Shown here piece after piece: positions 48,544 through 58,184 of a stretch of 64,000 bases of DNA. The stretch is from Oceanispirochaeta sp. GTDB taxonomy: Bacteria > Spirochaetota > Spirochaetia > DSM-2461. The stretch spans positions 1,600,001 to 1,664,000 of the forward strand of contig CAXXOA010000001.1 of NCBI GenBank assembly GCA_963666275.2. Reading direction: 5' to 3'. The translations under genes were made by a program, and so were the position numbers. Within the stretch, counting starts at the first letter, position 1. The number at the start of each line of letters is the position of its first letter. The notes under the pieces are model-generated. The model was not told the origin of the DNA. It made no database searches and saw nothing but the letters and a program-made list of their open reading frames with translations.

Positions 48544-49313
48544 GTCTATATCCTGTAGACGAAGTCCTTCCTGATGGCAGCATTTATCCGGGAATGGACA
48601 CAGATACCAAGAAGTTTACTTCTGGTGATGCCCAGCAAGGAATCAAGGCATCTGCATTACCTGCAGATACGATCAATTTTATCCTGGACAACCTGGGAGA
48701 GTTGGCTGATTTCGGAAATGGCAGCTCAAACCCTGCTGACACTGATCAGATCAAGAAAGCTGTCAGGAACCTGGTTGCCCCGGTTGGAAAGCTGTATACA
48801 CAGTATCCTTTTATGCCTACGCCTGATGTTTTTTATGGAGGGCTGGGGACCTGGGAGAATATCTCTACAAGAGCTGTCGGGTATGGGATTTCTGATGTGA
48901 ACAATGGTGATCCTGCTAGCTATATCAGCCGTGGGGATGCCGGGCAGGGGCTGGACTTTGCAGATGCGGATCTGGCTGTAGATGATCAGATTGCTGGCGG
49001 GTCATATGATGGGAAGTATGTTCGGTCGGTAGAGAGTTATGAAGGAGTCTTTTTTGCTGTTGAAGGAGGAAATCGGAATTCATTTGATGATGCTTTACAG
49101 GAATCACAAAATAAACAGCATGGCCACTCAATCACTGTTGGTAATGATACAGTTGCTTTTGGTAAGCCTGGATCTTATAACTCTACACCATATTATACAG
49201 GGCTAGGAGACACTGGTATTACTAGTGGAACAGATGGTGGTATCACATTAAGCGGAGGAATCGAAGCACAACCTGTAAATAGATCATTTCGTATATGGAT
49301 GAGGAAGGTATAA
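48540..49313 (+). CDS. Short tail fibre/baseplate tip protein
   Basis: FT.GD...GI.AS..PA N-terminus; PVG.LYTQ...P...YG..GTW and terminal P.N...RIW.R motifs. Confidence 0.7.
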   Translation: MSLYPVDEVLPDGSIYPGMDTDTKKFTSGDAQQGIKASALPADTINFILDNLGELADFGNGSSNPADTDQIKKAVRNLVAPVGKLYTQYPFMPTPDVFYGGLGTWENISTRAVGYGISDVNNGDPASYISRGDAGQGLDFADADLAVDDQIAGGSYDGKYVRSVESYEGVFFAVEGGNRNSFDDALQESQNKQHGHSITVGNDTVAFGKPGSYNSTPYYTGLGDTGITSGTDGGITLSGGIEAQPVNRSFRIWMRKV

Positions 49314-49840
49314 TGGAATACGTATACAATAACAATGGACAGATTCATCATAGCTGTGGTTCATCTCTCCCCGAGGGAGCAATTAAGGTCACTGGTTGGA
49401 AAGGAACTCCTGGAGAACCTTGGGAGTGGTATAAGAACGGTAGTCGAATCTCTGATGATGACCTGGTAGCTACCGGACTCCGGAAGGATTACCGAGGAAA
49501 ATATTATGACAAGGATAAACTGGAACACAAGATCTCTGTCCTAGACAAGGAACCTGAATCCACCTGGACAAAAGATATCTGGTCCCATCACACCGATGTT
49601 CTTAATCAGGAAACAATGACCTGGATAGAAGACACTGACGCAAAAGCTGAATATGAGGAAGCCATACTCAGAGGCAAAAGAACTACCGAGTTCTCCCTGT
49701 TTGACAAATACCAGCTACCACTTCTCTGGGCTGATCTGACAGAAGCTCAACAGACAGAATATACCGAGTGGAGGACCTCCTGGTTAAATGCTCCTGAAAC
49801 AAAGATCCAGCCTGAGCGGCCCGAATGGTTCCAGGCCTAA
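49313..49840 (+). CDS. Tail fibre assembly-like protein
   Basis: Last late gene; C-terminal LR.KR...W..LTEAQQ.E..EWR..WL.APE...P.RP.W. Confidence 0.6.
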   Translation: MEYVYNNNGQIHHSCGSSLPEGAIKVTGWKGTPGEPWEWYKNGSRISDDDLVATGLRKDYRGKYYDKDKLEHKISVLDKEPESTWTKDIWSHHTDVLNQETMTWIEDTDAKAEYEEAILRGKRTTEFSLFDKYQLPLLWADLTEAQQTEYTEWRTSWLNAPETKIQPERPEWFQA

Positions 49841-49871
49841 AATACTTCCTACCTGAAATAAGTTTTTATAT

Positions 49872-49934
49872 TATGAGAAATACTGCGGTGAGAATTATCG
49901 CAGTATTTCTTTATTTTTTTCGCGGGGTGCTACA
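49872..49934 (-). repeat. Right end (attR) with putative transposase-binding sites
   Basis: Reverse complement TGTAGCACCCCGCGAAAAAAATAAAGAAATACTGCGATAATTC matches the left end at 30/43 positions; third site is inverted. Confidence 0.85.
49876..49920 (+). terminator. Late-operon terminator formed by inverted end sites
   Basis: AGAAATACTGCG-N11-CGCAGTATTTCT followed by TTATTTTTTT. Confidence 0.6.
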
Positions 49935-51070
49935 GGGTAGGCCTGATTCAAATGCTCAATTTTAGGAACATCCCAGTACTGAATATAGGGATGATCCGGA
50001 TTGAGCCGCATAAAATCCTGATGGTACTCTTCGGCAGGGTAGAAGGCTTCCAGTTCTGTCACCTGGGTGACAATGTCATCGGCATAGACCTTTCTGTTCT
50101 CAAGCTGGGCAATCATTTCCCTGGCCGTTTTTTCCTGCTCCGGGCTGTTGTAGAAAACGGCGGAACGGTACTGGGGACCATGATCCGGGCCCTGATAGTT
50201 CAGCTGGGTGGGATCGTGGGCTACCAGAAAGAACACCTCAAGAAGAGTTCTGTACTGAATCTTCCGGGGATCAAAAACAATTTCCACCGACTCGGCATGT
50301 TTTGTCGTTCCGGAGGAAACCCTGTTGTATTTCGCTGTTTCCTCCCTACCGCCGGAATAGCCGGACCGAACATCGATGACTCCTTTCAGAGATTCGTACA
50401 CAGCTTCCACTCCCCAGAAGCATCCTCCTGCCAGGACTGCGGTTTCCATGGAATCCGAAAAGAGGCTCAGATATTCGCCGTAGCCTTCCCGGGCCATCTC
50501 CTCCAGAGGAATGAACCGGAGAGACGCCGAATTGATACAGTAGCGAAGTCCCGTGGGGGCCGGGCCATCGGGAAAGACATGACCCAGGTGGGAGTCTCCG
50601 TAGAAACTCCGTACCTCAATCCTTGTCATGCCGAATGAGTCATCGCTGAGGTTTTTCACATTTCCTTCGTGGATAGGCCGTGTGAAACTGGGCCATCCGG
50701 TTCCCGAATCGTATTTATCGGTAGAGCTGAAGAGGGGTTCTCCCGAGACAATATCCACATAGATTCCCTCTTCATGATTCTCCCAGTATTCATTCATAAA
50801 GGGCCTTTCGGTTCCTTCCTCCTGAGTAATGTAGTACTGATCTTCACTGAGAGCCTTTTTCAGTTCCGCTTCGGAAGGTTTTATGTACTCACCCGGTTCC
50901 ACCCCCGGGGGGAGTGCCGGCAGAACCGGGCCTGTCCCCGATCCGGATGACTCCATTGTCCCGCTGTTCTGATTTTCCTGTGTTCCTCCCGCATGAATGG
51001 GAAGGGACGTTAACATAAGAAAGCCTCCGGTCATTAAAAGGCTTAATATAATAGGATACATCTTTTTCAT
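49895..51070 (-). CDS. msrAB: Exported bifunctional methionine sulfoxide reductase MsrB-MsrA (last 12 aa are phage-derived)
   Basis: Signal peptide; GWPSF and RYCINS (MsrB); GGCFWG and AEEYHQ (MsrA). Confidence 0.95.
   Translation of the reverse strand: MKKMYPIILSLLMTGGFLMLTSLPIHAGGTQENQNSGTMESSGSGTGPVLPALPPGVEPGEYIKPSEAELKKALSEDQYYITQEEGTERPFMNEYWENHEEGIYVDIVSGEPLFSSTDKYDSGTGWPSFTRPIHEGNVKNLSDDSFGMTRIEVRSFYGDSHLGHVFPDGPAPTGLRYCINSASLRFIPLEEMAREGYGEYLSLFSDSMETAVLAGGCFWGVEAVYESLKGVIDVRSGYSGGREETAKYNRVSSGTTKHAESVEIVFDPRKIQYRTLLEVFFLVAHDPTQLNYQGPDHGPQYRSAVFYNSPEQEKTAREMIAQLENRKVYADDIVTQVTELEAFYPAEEYHQDFMRLNPDHPYIQYWDVPKIEHLNQAYPVAPREKNKEILR
49935..49940 (+). repeat. Right copy of 6-bp target-site duplication GGGTAG
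   Basis: Follows the terminal CA; identical to 15728-15733. Confidence 0.9.
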
Positions 51071-51084
51071 TACGACCTCCTTGA

Positions 51085-52773
51085 TCAGCCGAATGTAAAG
51101 GCATAGAACCTCATGGTTCCCTCTATTTCCAGTTTCAGAATATGATCTCCCGGTGAACCCATATCCACCAGCTGATACATCCTGCTCTCATCAATTTCTA
51201 TAGTCTTCTGTTTTACTCCATCCAGATACACTGTGATCTTTCCGTCCTTACTGACCGGTTCAATAACAAGGAACACATCTTTCGCTTCAAATCCGAGAGT
51301 CAGATTTCCGGTTCCCGAAGATTCGATGGAATTCCTCTGTATGGACCAGACTCCTTCCAGACCCCATTCCCCGTTTTCCGGCTCCCGGGAGAGGGAGAAC
51401 TCTCTCTGCTCCGGTCCATTGCTGTCTTCTGTTAGAAATCCTGTTCTCCGGCCGTATCCAAGATAGGTTTCCGGGGTACTGCTGCTGATTCCCTCCCACT
51501 CTTTGCCGGCGCTTTTCAGGGTCAGGGTTTGTCCGGATTCGATAAGAAGCATACGGATGACCTGTTCTGCCGTCTGATACTCTCCTTCCCCGAACTGGAA
51601 GTACCGTATATTTCCCCGGGCATCGATAAAAAAGTGGGCCGGCCAGAACAGATTGTTATAGGCACTCCATTGGGCGAAACTGTTGTCCTGGACCACAGGC
51701 CAGGTGACTCCCAGATCCTCTATGGCCCGCTGCAGATTTTCGGGATCCCTTTCAAAGGCGAACTCGGGGGAATGGACTCCCAGGATGACAAGGCCCTGGT
51801 CTTTATAGCTTTCATACCAGCTCTTCAGATAGGGAAGAGTTCTGACGCAGTTCACACAGCTGTAGGTCCAGAAATCTATCAGAACGACTTTTCCTTTCAG
51901 TTCCTCCATTGTGAGAGGGGAGGAATTGAACCATTGCCCTTCTGTCAGAATAGGCGGCGCCGGTCCGAAATCTCCCAATTGGCCCTTTTCCGGAGGATTC
52001 CGGGGATCCAGTCCCTTTTCTCCTGTCTCTTCCCCCTTCCTGTCCTGAAGGGCTTTCTGTACACTCTCTGTCTGCTCCAGAGCTGTCAGACCGCTTCCGT
52101 AGCGGGGAAATATTTCCAGTACCGCCTGCTGGAATTTTCGATCCAGACCGAATCCGATGGAGAGAGCCGCTGCGATCATAACCACACCGAAGCCCCGCTG
52201 GATTCGCTCCGTATTGGCCGAAAGTTTCGGAAATCGGGAAATCAGCTTTCTGCCGCCCGTCATAAGGGCCAGCATGGGGATAGCCGTTCCGGCGGCATAG
52301 GCAAGGATAATGACAACAGCTCCGCCGTCTATCTGACGGCTCACCGCCAGGGTTATGACCGAAGCTATGATAGGGCCCACACAGGGCGTCCATACCACAC
52401 CCAGGCCTGCTCCGACCAGGAGCCCTCCGGAAAAGCCTGTATTTGTCCGTGTTTTTCCTGTCTTTATAAATCCCGAAACCAGTATCTCAAATTTCTGCTG
52501 AATCAGGGGAAATACAAGGACTGAACCGAAGAGGACCATTATGAGAACAGCGGCGATCCTCAGGGAATCCGGGGGTATCCCCAGCCACTGTACCAGTGAG
52601 GACAGCAGCAGGGTAAAGAGGGCGAAACTTCCTGTAAAACCCGTAATGATTCCCAGGGGTCTCCTTCTTCCGCCGATGCTGCCCGAAAGGACTATCGGCA
52701 GTACAGGCAGGATACAGGGAGAGAGTATGGTCACAATACCGGCCAGAAAGGCGAAAAAAGGAAGAATTACCAT
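51085..52773 (-). CDS. dipZ: CcdA-thioredoxin fusion (DipZ-like)
   Basis: SPCILP and WTPCVGP TM cysteines; [16 protein letters not shown]. Confidence 0.9.
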   Translation of the reverse strand: MVILPFFAFLAGIVTILSPCILPVLPIVLSGSIGGRRRPLGIITGFTGSFALFTLLLSSLVQWLGIPPDSLRIAAVLIMVLFGSVLVFPLIQQKFEILVSGFIKTGKTRTNTGFSGGLLVGAGLGVVWTPCVGPIIASVITLAVSRQIDGGAVVIILAYAAGTAIPMLALMTGGRKLISRFPKLSANTERIQRGFGVVMIAAALSIGFGLDRKFQQAVLEIFPRYGSGLTALEQTESVQKALQDRKGEETGEKGLDPRNPPEKGQLGDFGPAPPILTEGQWFNSSPLTMEELKGKVVLIDFWTYSCVNCVRTLPYLKSWYESYKDQGLVILGVHSPEFAFERDPENLQRAIEDLGVTWPVVQDNSFAQWSAYNNLFWPAHFFIDARGNIRYFQFGEGEYQTAEQVIRMLLIESGQTLTLKSAGKEWEGISSSTPETYLGYGRRTGFLTEDSNGPEQREFSLSREPENGEWGLEGVWSIQRNSIESSGTGNLTLGFEAKDVFLVIEPVSKDGKITVYLDGVKQKTIEIDESRMYQLVDMGSPGDHILKLEIEGTMRFYAFTFG

Positions 52774-52774
52774 G

Positions 52775-53254
52775 TTACATCTCCTGCTTTTCCGTATTGA
52801 TCAGGATCTCATCGACTCCGCCGCCATTCCATATCGTCACGGCTTCTCCCGTTGGAGAGATCTGGACAAAGGTATGCTGGTAGGTGACCCCGTATTTCAT
52901 CTTAAGATCATCCGAGTTGTCGTAATCGACAATGAGAAGATTCATACCGGCCAGCTTTCCCGGTTCCGCTTCAATCTCCTTCATTGCGGCCTGACAGGTG
53001 GGACACCAGGAAGCATAGAAGAAGAGCACTGTGGGTTTTTCCTCCGCCAGCATCATGGCGTCTTCCATGCCGTGAAAATCCAGAACGGGAGAGGCCGCCA
53101 TCATCATGGACCCCCGGGGGGCTTCTTTTTCCATAGAGTCATCCTTCTCCATAGATCCGGAAGGACTGTTCTGCTCTGTCATATCCTTCTGTCCCCCTGC
53201 GGTGAGTGAGAGGGAAAGGAATAGAAATATCAGTACTGTTGTAAACATTTTCAT
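52775..53254 (-). CDS. Exported thioredoxin with Met-rich N-terminus
   Basis: Signal peptide; ASWCPTC; YGVTYQHTFV. Confidence 0.88.
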   Translation of the reverse strand: MKMFTTVLIFLFLSLSLTAGGQKDMTEQNSPSGSMEKDDSMEKEAPRGSMMMAASPVLDFHGMEDAMMLAEEKPTVLFFYASWCPTCQAAMKEIEAEPGKLAGMNLLIVDYDNSDDLKMKYGVTYQHTFVQISPTGEAVTIWNGGGVDEILINTEKQEM

Positions 53255-53290
53255 ATGCTTACCTCCTGATTTAAAAAGTAAGCGTTAAAA

Positions 53291-53320
53291 GTCACGAAAC
53301 TGTCACAGAAGCTGTAACAA
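53291..53320 (-). promoter_or_regulatory. Putative OmpR-family binding repeats upstream of trx-dipZ-msrBA
   Basis: GTCAC/GTCAC/GTAAC at 53291, 53302 and 53314 (11-12-bp period). Confidence 0.55.
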
Positions 53321-53323
53321 TTG

Positions 53324-54787
53324 TTAAACTTCTTTGGGAAGGGTCATAGAAAACACGGCACCGCCGTCTCTGCCATTGGAGGCCCTGAGCGTTCCTTTGT
53401 GAAGGGTTACAATTTCTCTGGCAATGGCCAGTCCCAGTCCAGTCCCGCTGCCAGTACGGTTACGGCTTTTATCTGCCCGGTAGAATCTGTCGAAAATCCG
53501 GGGAAGATCTTCGGCGGGGATGCCGGGGCCCGAGTCCTGAATCCTCCATTCCACTGAATCATTTTTTTCTGTGAGCGAGATGTCAATCTTCCCCTGTTCG
53601 GGTGTGTGGGTAATACTGTTGATAAGGATATTGGTAATAACCCTTTCGAGGAGACTGATATCTCCGGACAGAGGAATCAGACCCGGGGGAGCAAAGTTTA
53701 TTTCAATTTTTTTACTCTCCCCCAGAGGCCGGAGTTTTATGATGACATCCTGCACGAGTTCCGCCAGGGAGAAGGTTTCTTTTTTGATTCTGTACTGTCT
53801 GGATTCCAGACGGGCCAGATCAAAGAGTTCCTCCACGAGGTTCTGAAAGGCCGAAACATTTTTCAGGGTTATTTCAAGGAACTGTTTTTTCTCCTCCCGG
53901 GAGAGGTCAGGTTCTTTCAGAAAAAGAGTTTCCAGATGCCCCCGGATAGAGGTCAGGGGACTTCTGAGATCATGGGATATATTGGCTATCAGATCGGTTC
54001 TCTCTTTCTTGGCTTTTTTAAGATCCTCCATGCCTTTCTGAATGGTCCGGGCCATATCGTTGAAGGTACTGCCCAGCTCTCCCAGTTCATCTCTACCGCT
54101 TATATTGACCCTGTATTCCAGATTGCCCTGTTCAAAGGCCCTGACGCCCCGGGCGAGAAGTCTGAGTCTTCTTGTGAGAAGGAAGAACAGAATCAGCCCC
54201 GTTATGATCGTAAAGAGGAGGGCTCCCGAAAAAATGTAAAGCCCGGTCCTGAAGTAGTAGTTGTTTCCCGCCGAAGCCAGGGACTTATCGTAGCTCTGCC
54301 CCCTGAGGATCACATAGACAAACCCCGTGCTGTCTCCCATGGGAAGGGCCGCTGCCGAGAAGGGCTTTTCCTCCTTCTCTGTCCGGGGGTCATCTCCCTG
54401 GATGATTTCCCATCCATCCGAGGCAATGAATCTCCTGAGGGGTTCAACGGCGATGCTGTTCCTTTCCAGTGATTCTTCAGGGTGGGTAAAGTAGGAGAGG
54501 ATCCTGCCCTGTTCATTGAGTAGATAGATTTCTACCATGGGGTTCAGAACCATCATGTAGTGGATGGCTTCTTTGATTTTCTCTTCGGAAAATCCGTCTT
54601 TCAGTATGGGCTGCAGCTCACCGGCTATGCTGGAGGCATACTCTCTGTTGAGGAGCTGTTCCACCTCGTCAAAGAGATGGCGGGAGGCATTGAAGGCTGT
54701 GATGAGACTGGCGGAACCCAGCAGGAGGATCAGTAGAAGAAAAAGCAGGGATATCCGGGCGTAAAAGGAACGCAGAGGGTGCTTCAT
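53324..54787 (-). CDS. Sensor histidine kinase (HAMP, HisKA, HATPase)
   Basis: SHDLRSPL, DSGPGI, FYRAD and GTGLGLAI motifs. Confidence 0.95.
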   Translation of the reverse strand: MKHPLRSFYARISLLFLLLILLLGSASLITAFNASRHLFDEVEQLLNREYASSIAGELQPILKDGFSEEKIKEAIHYMMVLNPMVEIYLLNEQGRILSYFTHPEESLERNSIAVEPLRRFIASDGWEIIQGDDPRTEKEEKPFSAAALPMGDSTGFVYVILRGQSYDKSLASAGNNYYFRTGLYIFSGALLFTIITGLILFFLLTRRLRLLARGVRAFEQGNLEYRVNISGRDELGELGSTFNDMARTIQKGMEDLKKAKKERTDLIANISHDLRSPLTSIRGHLETLFLKEPDLSREEKKQFLEITLKNVSAFQNLVEELFDLARLESRQYRIKKETFSLAELVQDVIIKLRPLGESKKIEINFAPPGLIPLSGDISLLERVITNILINSITHTPEQGKIDISLTEKNDSVEWRIQDSGPGIPAEDLPRIFDRFYRADKSRNRTGSGTGLGLAIAREIVTLHKGTLRASNGRDGGAVFSMTLPKEV

Positions 54788-55500
54788 GGCTCCTCCGGAT
54801 GGTCGGAAAACTTATAGCCCACACCCCAGAGGGTTTTCAGATACCGGGGAGAGGAGGGGTCGGGTTCAATTTTATTCCTCAGGCGGTTGATATGGGTATT
54901 TACAGTGTGTTCGTACCCTTCGAACTGGTAGCCCCAGATGCTGTTCAGCAGATCCGCCCTGGAATAGGCTCTTCCGGGATTGTTCATAAACAGACTCAGA
55001 AGATCGTACTCCTTGGCTGTCAGGTCCAGTTCCTTCCTGTCCAGCAGGACCTTTCTGCCCGCCGGTTCCATGGAGAGCCTGCCTATCCTTATATTTCTGT
55101 TTTCCTCCTCCCGGGACTCCCTGTTTGTCTGGGATCGTCTTATCAGAGCTTTGATCCGGGCGGTCAGTTCCCTGAGACTGAAGGGTTTTGTCATATAGTC
55201 ATCGGCGCCGATCTCCAGACCGAGAACCCTGTCAATCTCCTCTGTTCTGGCGGTAAGCATCATAACCGGAGTCAGTGGATCCTTCTCGCGGATCTTCCGG
55301 CAGACCTCCATTCCTTCCAGTCCTGGCAGCATAATATCCAGAATAACAAGGGCAAAAGGCTCATCCAGAGCTGTTCTGAGCCCTTCGGGGCCGGAGTGTC
55401 TGATCACAGGCGCATAACCGAGATCCTTCACATTCATGGCAACAACGCTGGCAATCTCACTGTCATCTTCTACGATCAGAATGTTCTGTTCATTCACCAT
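54784..55500 (-). CDS. OmpR-family response regulator
   Basis: VEDD, LDIMLP, GADDY.TKPF and HINRLR.KIE...WGVGY motifs. Confidence 0.96.
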   Translation of the reverse strand: MVNEQNILIVEDDSEIASVVAMNVKDLGYAPVIRHSGPEGLRTALDEPFALVILDIMLPGLEGMEVCRKIREKDPLTPVMMLTARTEEIDRVLGLEIGADDYMTKPFSLRELTARIKALIRRSQTNRESREEENRNIRIGRLSMEPAGRKVLLDRKELDLTAKEYDLLSLFMNNPGRAYSRADLLNSIWGYQFEGYEHTVNTHINRLRNKIEPDPSSPRYLKTLWGVGYKFSDHPEEP

Positions 55501-55689
55501 GGAATACGCCTCCGTCCTATATATATTACCATATATATCATATATATAAGTATACTACCGAAAGGAGGGGGATACAAAAAGTTATTGAAATGAAATTATC
55601 TGCCCCCTCCGGGACGGAGAGGGCAATTGGTGATCTGATGGATTTGTAAGATCCCCTGTATCGGGTCTCACTCCATTCAGAAAAGAAAT

Positions 55690-55713
55690 CCTCTCTTCGT
55701 TGAAGAAGAGAGG
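55690..55713 (-). terminator. Hairpin after the aconitase gene
   Basis: CCTCTCTTC-GTTGAA-GAAGAGAGG followed by T-rich sequence on the minus strand. Confidence 0.5.
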
Positions 55714-55720
55714 GGGGTGA

Positions 55721-58003
55721 TCAGCCCTCTTCCCGCAGAAGGTTCAGAGCCGAACCGTATTTGAACCAGCGGATCTGTTCCTCATTCAGGGTATGGACTG
55801 CCTGAATGGTTTCTTCCGTACCGTCCGCATGGGAGAGAACAATGTCCAGAGTACTGCCGGGAGCCAGTGCAGTCAGCCCCGTGACAGAGAGTCTGTCCTC
55901 TTCCTGAATCTTTTCATAATCCGATGGATTTTTGAAAGTCAGAGCCAGGATGCCCTGTTTTTTCAGGTTGGTTTCGTGGATACGGGCAAAACTTTTAGTC
56001 AGAACCGCCGCACAGCCCAGAAGTCGGGGGCTCATGGCTGCGTGTTCCCGGCTGCTTCCCTCACCGTAGTTTTCATCTCCCACGATGATCCATCTGCGGC
56101 CATTGGCCTTGTAGTCTCTGGCTACATCTGAAAAGTTCATATTTTCTTTTCCGGAGAGGATATTCTTTCCCGTACCTGTTTCGCCGGTAAAGGCATTGGT
56201 AGCACCGGTGAGCATATTGTCGGAAATATTATCCAGATGACCCCGGAAACGGAGCCAGGGACCGGCAGGGCTTATGTGGTCGGTGGTACACTTTCCTTTC
56301 GCCTTGCACAGCAGAGGCATGTCGGTAAAGTCTTTTCCGTCCCAGGGGGTGAAAGGGGTGAGGAGCTGAAGCCTTTCGGAGGTTTCACTGACCTTCACCT
56401 GAACTCCTGCTCCCTGGGGCTCCTGATAGCCTTCTTTGTTGTCGAGAAATCCCAGAACGGGCAGCTCATCTCCCCGGGGCAGATCAAATTTCACTTCCTC
56501 TCCGGATTCGGTTTTTACAGTATCCGTATAGGGGTTGAAATCCAGCTTCCCTGTAATACCGATGATGGTAACCATTTCGGGGCTTCCGATGAACGAGAGA
56601 GTTTCGGGGTTTCCGTCGTTCCTTGCCCGGAAGTTTCTGTTGAAGCTGTTGACGATGCTGTTCTTTACCCCTTTGGGGATATCTTCTCTCTGCCACTGGC
56701 CGATACAGGGGCCGCAGGCATTGGAAAGGATGGATGCGCCGCCTTTTTCAAGGATCGCCATCTGTCCGTCCCGCTGGATCGTATCTTTCACAAGAAGGGA
56801 TCCGGGCGAAATCTGAAGTTTCAGGGCAGGTTTGATCCCTTTTTCCAGGGCCTGTTTCATTATGGATGCCGAACGGTCGATATCCTCGTAGGAGGAATTG
56901 GTGCAGCTTCCGATCAGAGCGGCTGTCACGTCTGTGGGCCAGCCCTCTTTTTCCGCTTTCTCTTTCATATCCGACAGAGACGTTACAGCGTCGGGAGAGT
57001 GGGGACCGGTCAGCTGGGGTTCCAGTTCGGAGAGGTTGATCTCAATCACCTCGTCATAATAGGCCGGGGGATTGGAAAGGACTTCATCATCGGCCCTGAG
57101 AATTTCAGAAGCACCGTCAGCCAGTGCGGCCAGTTCGCTGCGGCCGGTTCTTCCCAGATAGGCCTGCATCTTCTCATCATAGGGGAAGAGCGAGCAGGTG
57201 GCTCCCAGTTCGGCTCCCATGTTGGTAATGGTGGCTTTTCCGGTACAGCTGATAGAGGAACATCCCTCACCGAAGTATTCAATGATCCTGTTGGTACCGC
57301 CCTTTACAGTCAGTATTTCAAGGAGTTTTATTATCACATCTTTGGGGGAGGACCAGCCTTTCAGGCTGCCTGTGAGTTTCACACCCACAATACCGGGGTT
57401 TTTGACTTCCCAGGGGAGTCCCGCCATGACATCCGAGGCATCGGCGCCGCCCACACCGGAGGCAATCATTCCCAGACCCCCCGCATTGGGAGTATGGGAG
57501 TCGGTTCCGATCATCATTCCCCCAGGAAAGGCGTAGTTTTCCAGAACAATCTGGTGGATAATACCCGCACCGGGTTCCCAGAACCCGATATTGTAGCGGC
57601 TGGCTGCAGAGGAAAGGAAATCGTAAACCTCTTTGTTCTCTTCCAGAGCTTTGGGAAGATCTTCTTCGTTGCCGTGGTAGGCCCGGATCAGGTGATCGCA
57701 GTGAACCGTGGAAGGAACTGCGGCTTCATCCTTGCCGGAGAGCATAAACTGGAGGATCGCCATCTGGGCGGTGGCATCCTGCATGGCGACTCTGTCGGGC
57801 TGAAGAAGAAGAAAACTCTCTCCTCTGGTAAGATCCTGGTTCTGCGGATCTCTGAGATGACCGAAAAGAACTTTTTCCGCCAGAGTCAGAGGTCTGTTCA
57901 ATCTTTTCCGGACGATTTCCAGATTAGCCCGGGTCGTTTTATAGGTTTTTTCTACGAGTTTTGATGTTGTCGCTATTTCAGACATATCTATTTCCTCCGT
58001 CAT
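55721..58003 (-). CDS. acnA: Aconitate hydratase (mitochondrial-type)
   Basis: DRVAMQDATAQMA, DSHT, GSCTNSS, CGPCIG, TTDHIS and GSSREHAA motifs. Confidence 0.95.
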   Translation of the reverse strand: MTEEIDMSEIATTSKLVEKTYKTTRANLEIVRKRLNRPLTLAEKVLFGHLRDPQNQDLTRGESFLLLQPDRVAMQDATAQMAILQFMLSGKDEAAVPSTVHCDHLIRAYHGNEEDLPKALEENKEVYDFLSSAASRYNIGFWEPGAGIIHQIVLENYAFPGGMMIGTDSHTPNAGGLGMIASGVGGADASDVMAGLPWEVKNPGIVGVKLTGSLKGWSSPKDVIIKLLEILTVKGGTNRIIEYFGEGCSSISCTGKATITNMGAELGATCSLFPYDEKMQAYLGRTGRSELAALADGASEILRADDEVLSNPPAYYDEVIEINLSELEPQLTGPHSPDAVTSLSDMKEKAEKEGWPTDVTAALIGSCTNSSYEDIDRSASIMKQALEKGIKPALKLQISPGSLLVKDTIQRDGQMAILEKGGASILSNACGPCIGQWQREDIPKGVKNSIVNSFNRNFRARNDGNPETLSFIGSPEMVTIIGITGKLDFNPYTDTVKTESGEEVKFDLPRGDELPVLGFLDNKEGYQEPQGAGVQVKVSETSERLQLLTPFTPWDGKDFTDMPLLCKAKGKCTTDHISPAGPWLRFRGHLDNISDNMLTGATNAFTGETGTGKNILSGKENMNFSDVARDYKANGRRWIIVGDENYGEGSSREHAAMSPRLLGCAAVLTKSFARIHETNLKKQGILALTFKNPSDYEKIQEEDRLSVTGLTALAPGSTLDIVLSHADGTEETIQAVHTLNEEQIRWFKYGSALNLLREEG

Positions 58004-58184
58004 GGGTTTTTTTCAATTCATTCAAGCTGCATTTTCCGGATTTGAGGGTATTATTCACTAAAAAATAAATAAAATCAATTTGTCAGACTATTTCTTCCCG
58101 GGAATAGCATTTCAGAAGGACCTGTTTGCCCGGAAAGGCAATCTCTTTTATAATAGTATCATCATTCCCCACGCAGGAGCAGCC

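Larger units (their letters stand above)
15734..49934 (+). mobile_element. Apparently complete transposable (Mu/B3-like) myoviral prophage, 34,201 bp
   Basis: TGTAG...CTACA termini, 6-bp TSD, imperfect 43-bp terminal inverted repeat, DDE transposase plus AAA ATPase, Mu-like head and contractile tail genes. Confidence 0.96.

Noticed and set aside
55515..55555. TA-rich tract upstream of the response regulator
   Set aside because: Low-complexity promoter DNA with no clear repeat unit.
56237..57964. 575-aa plus-strand ORF
   Set aside because: Antisense shadow of aconitase. The same applies to the long antisense ORFs over hrpA, sheath, tape measure, dipZ, the kinase and SPFH.
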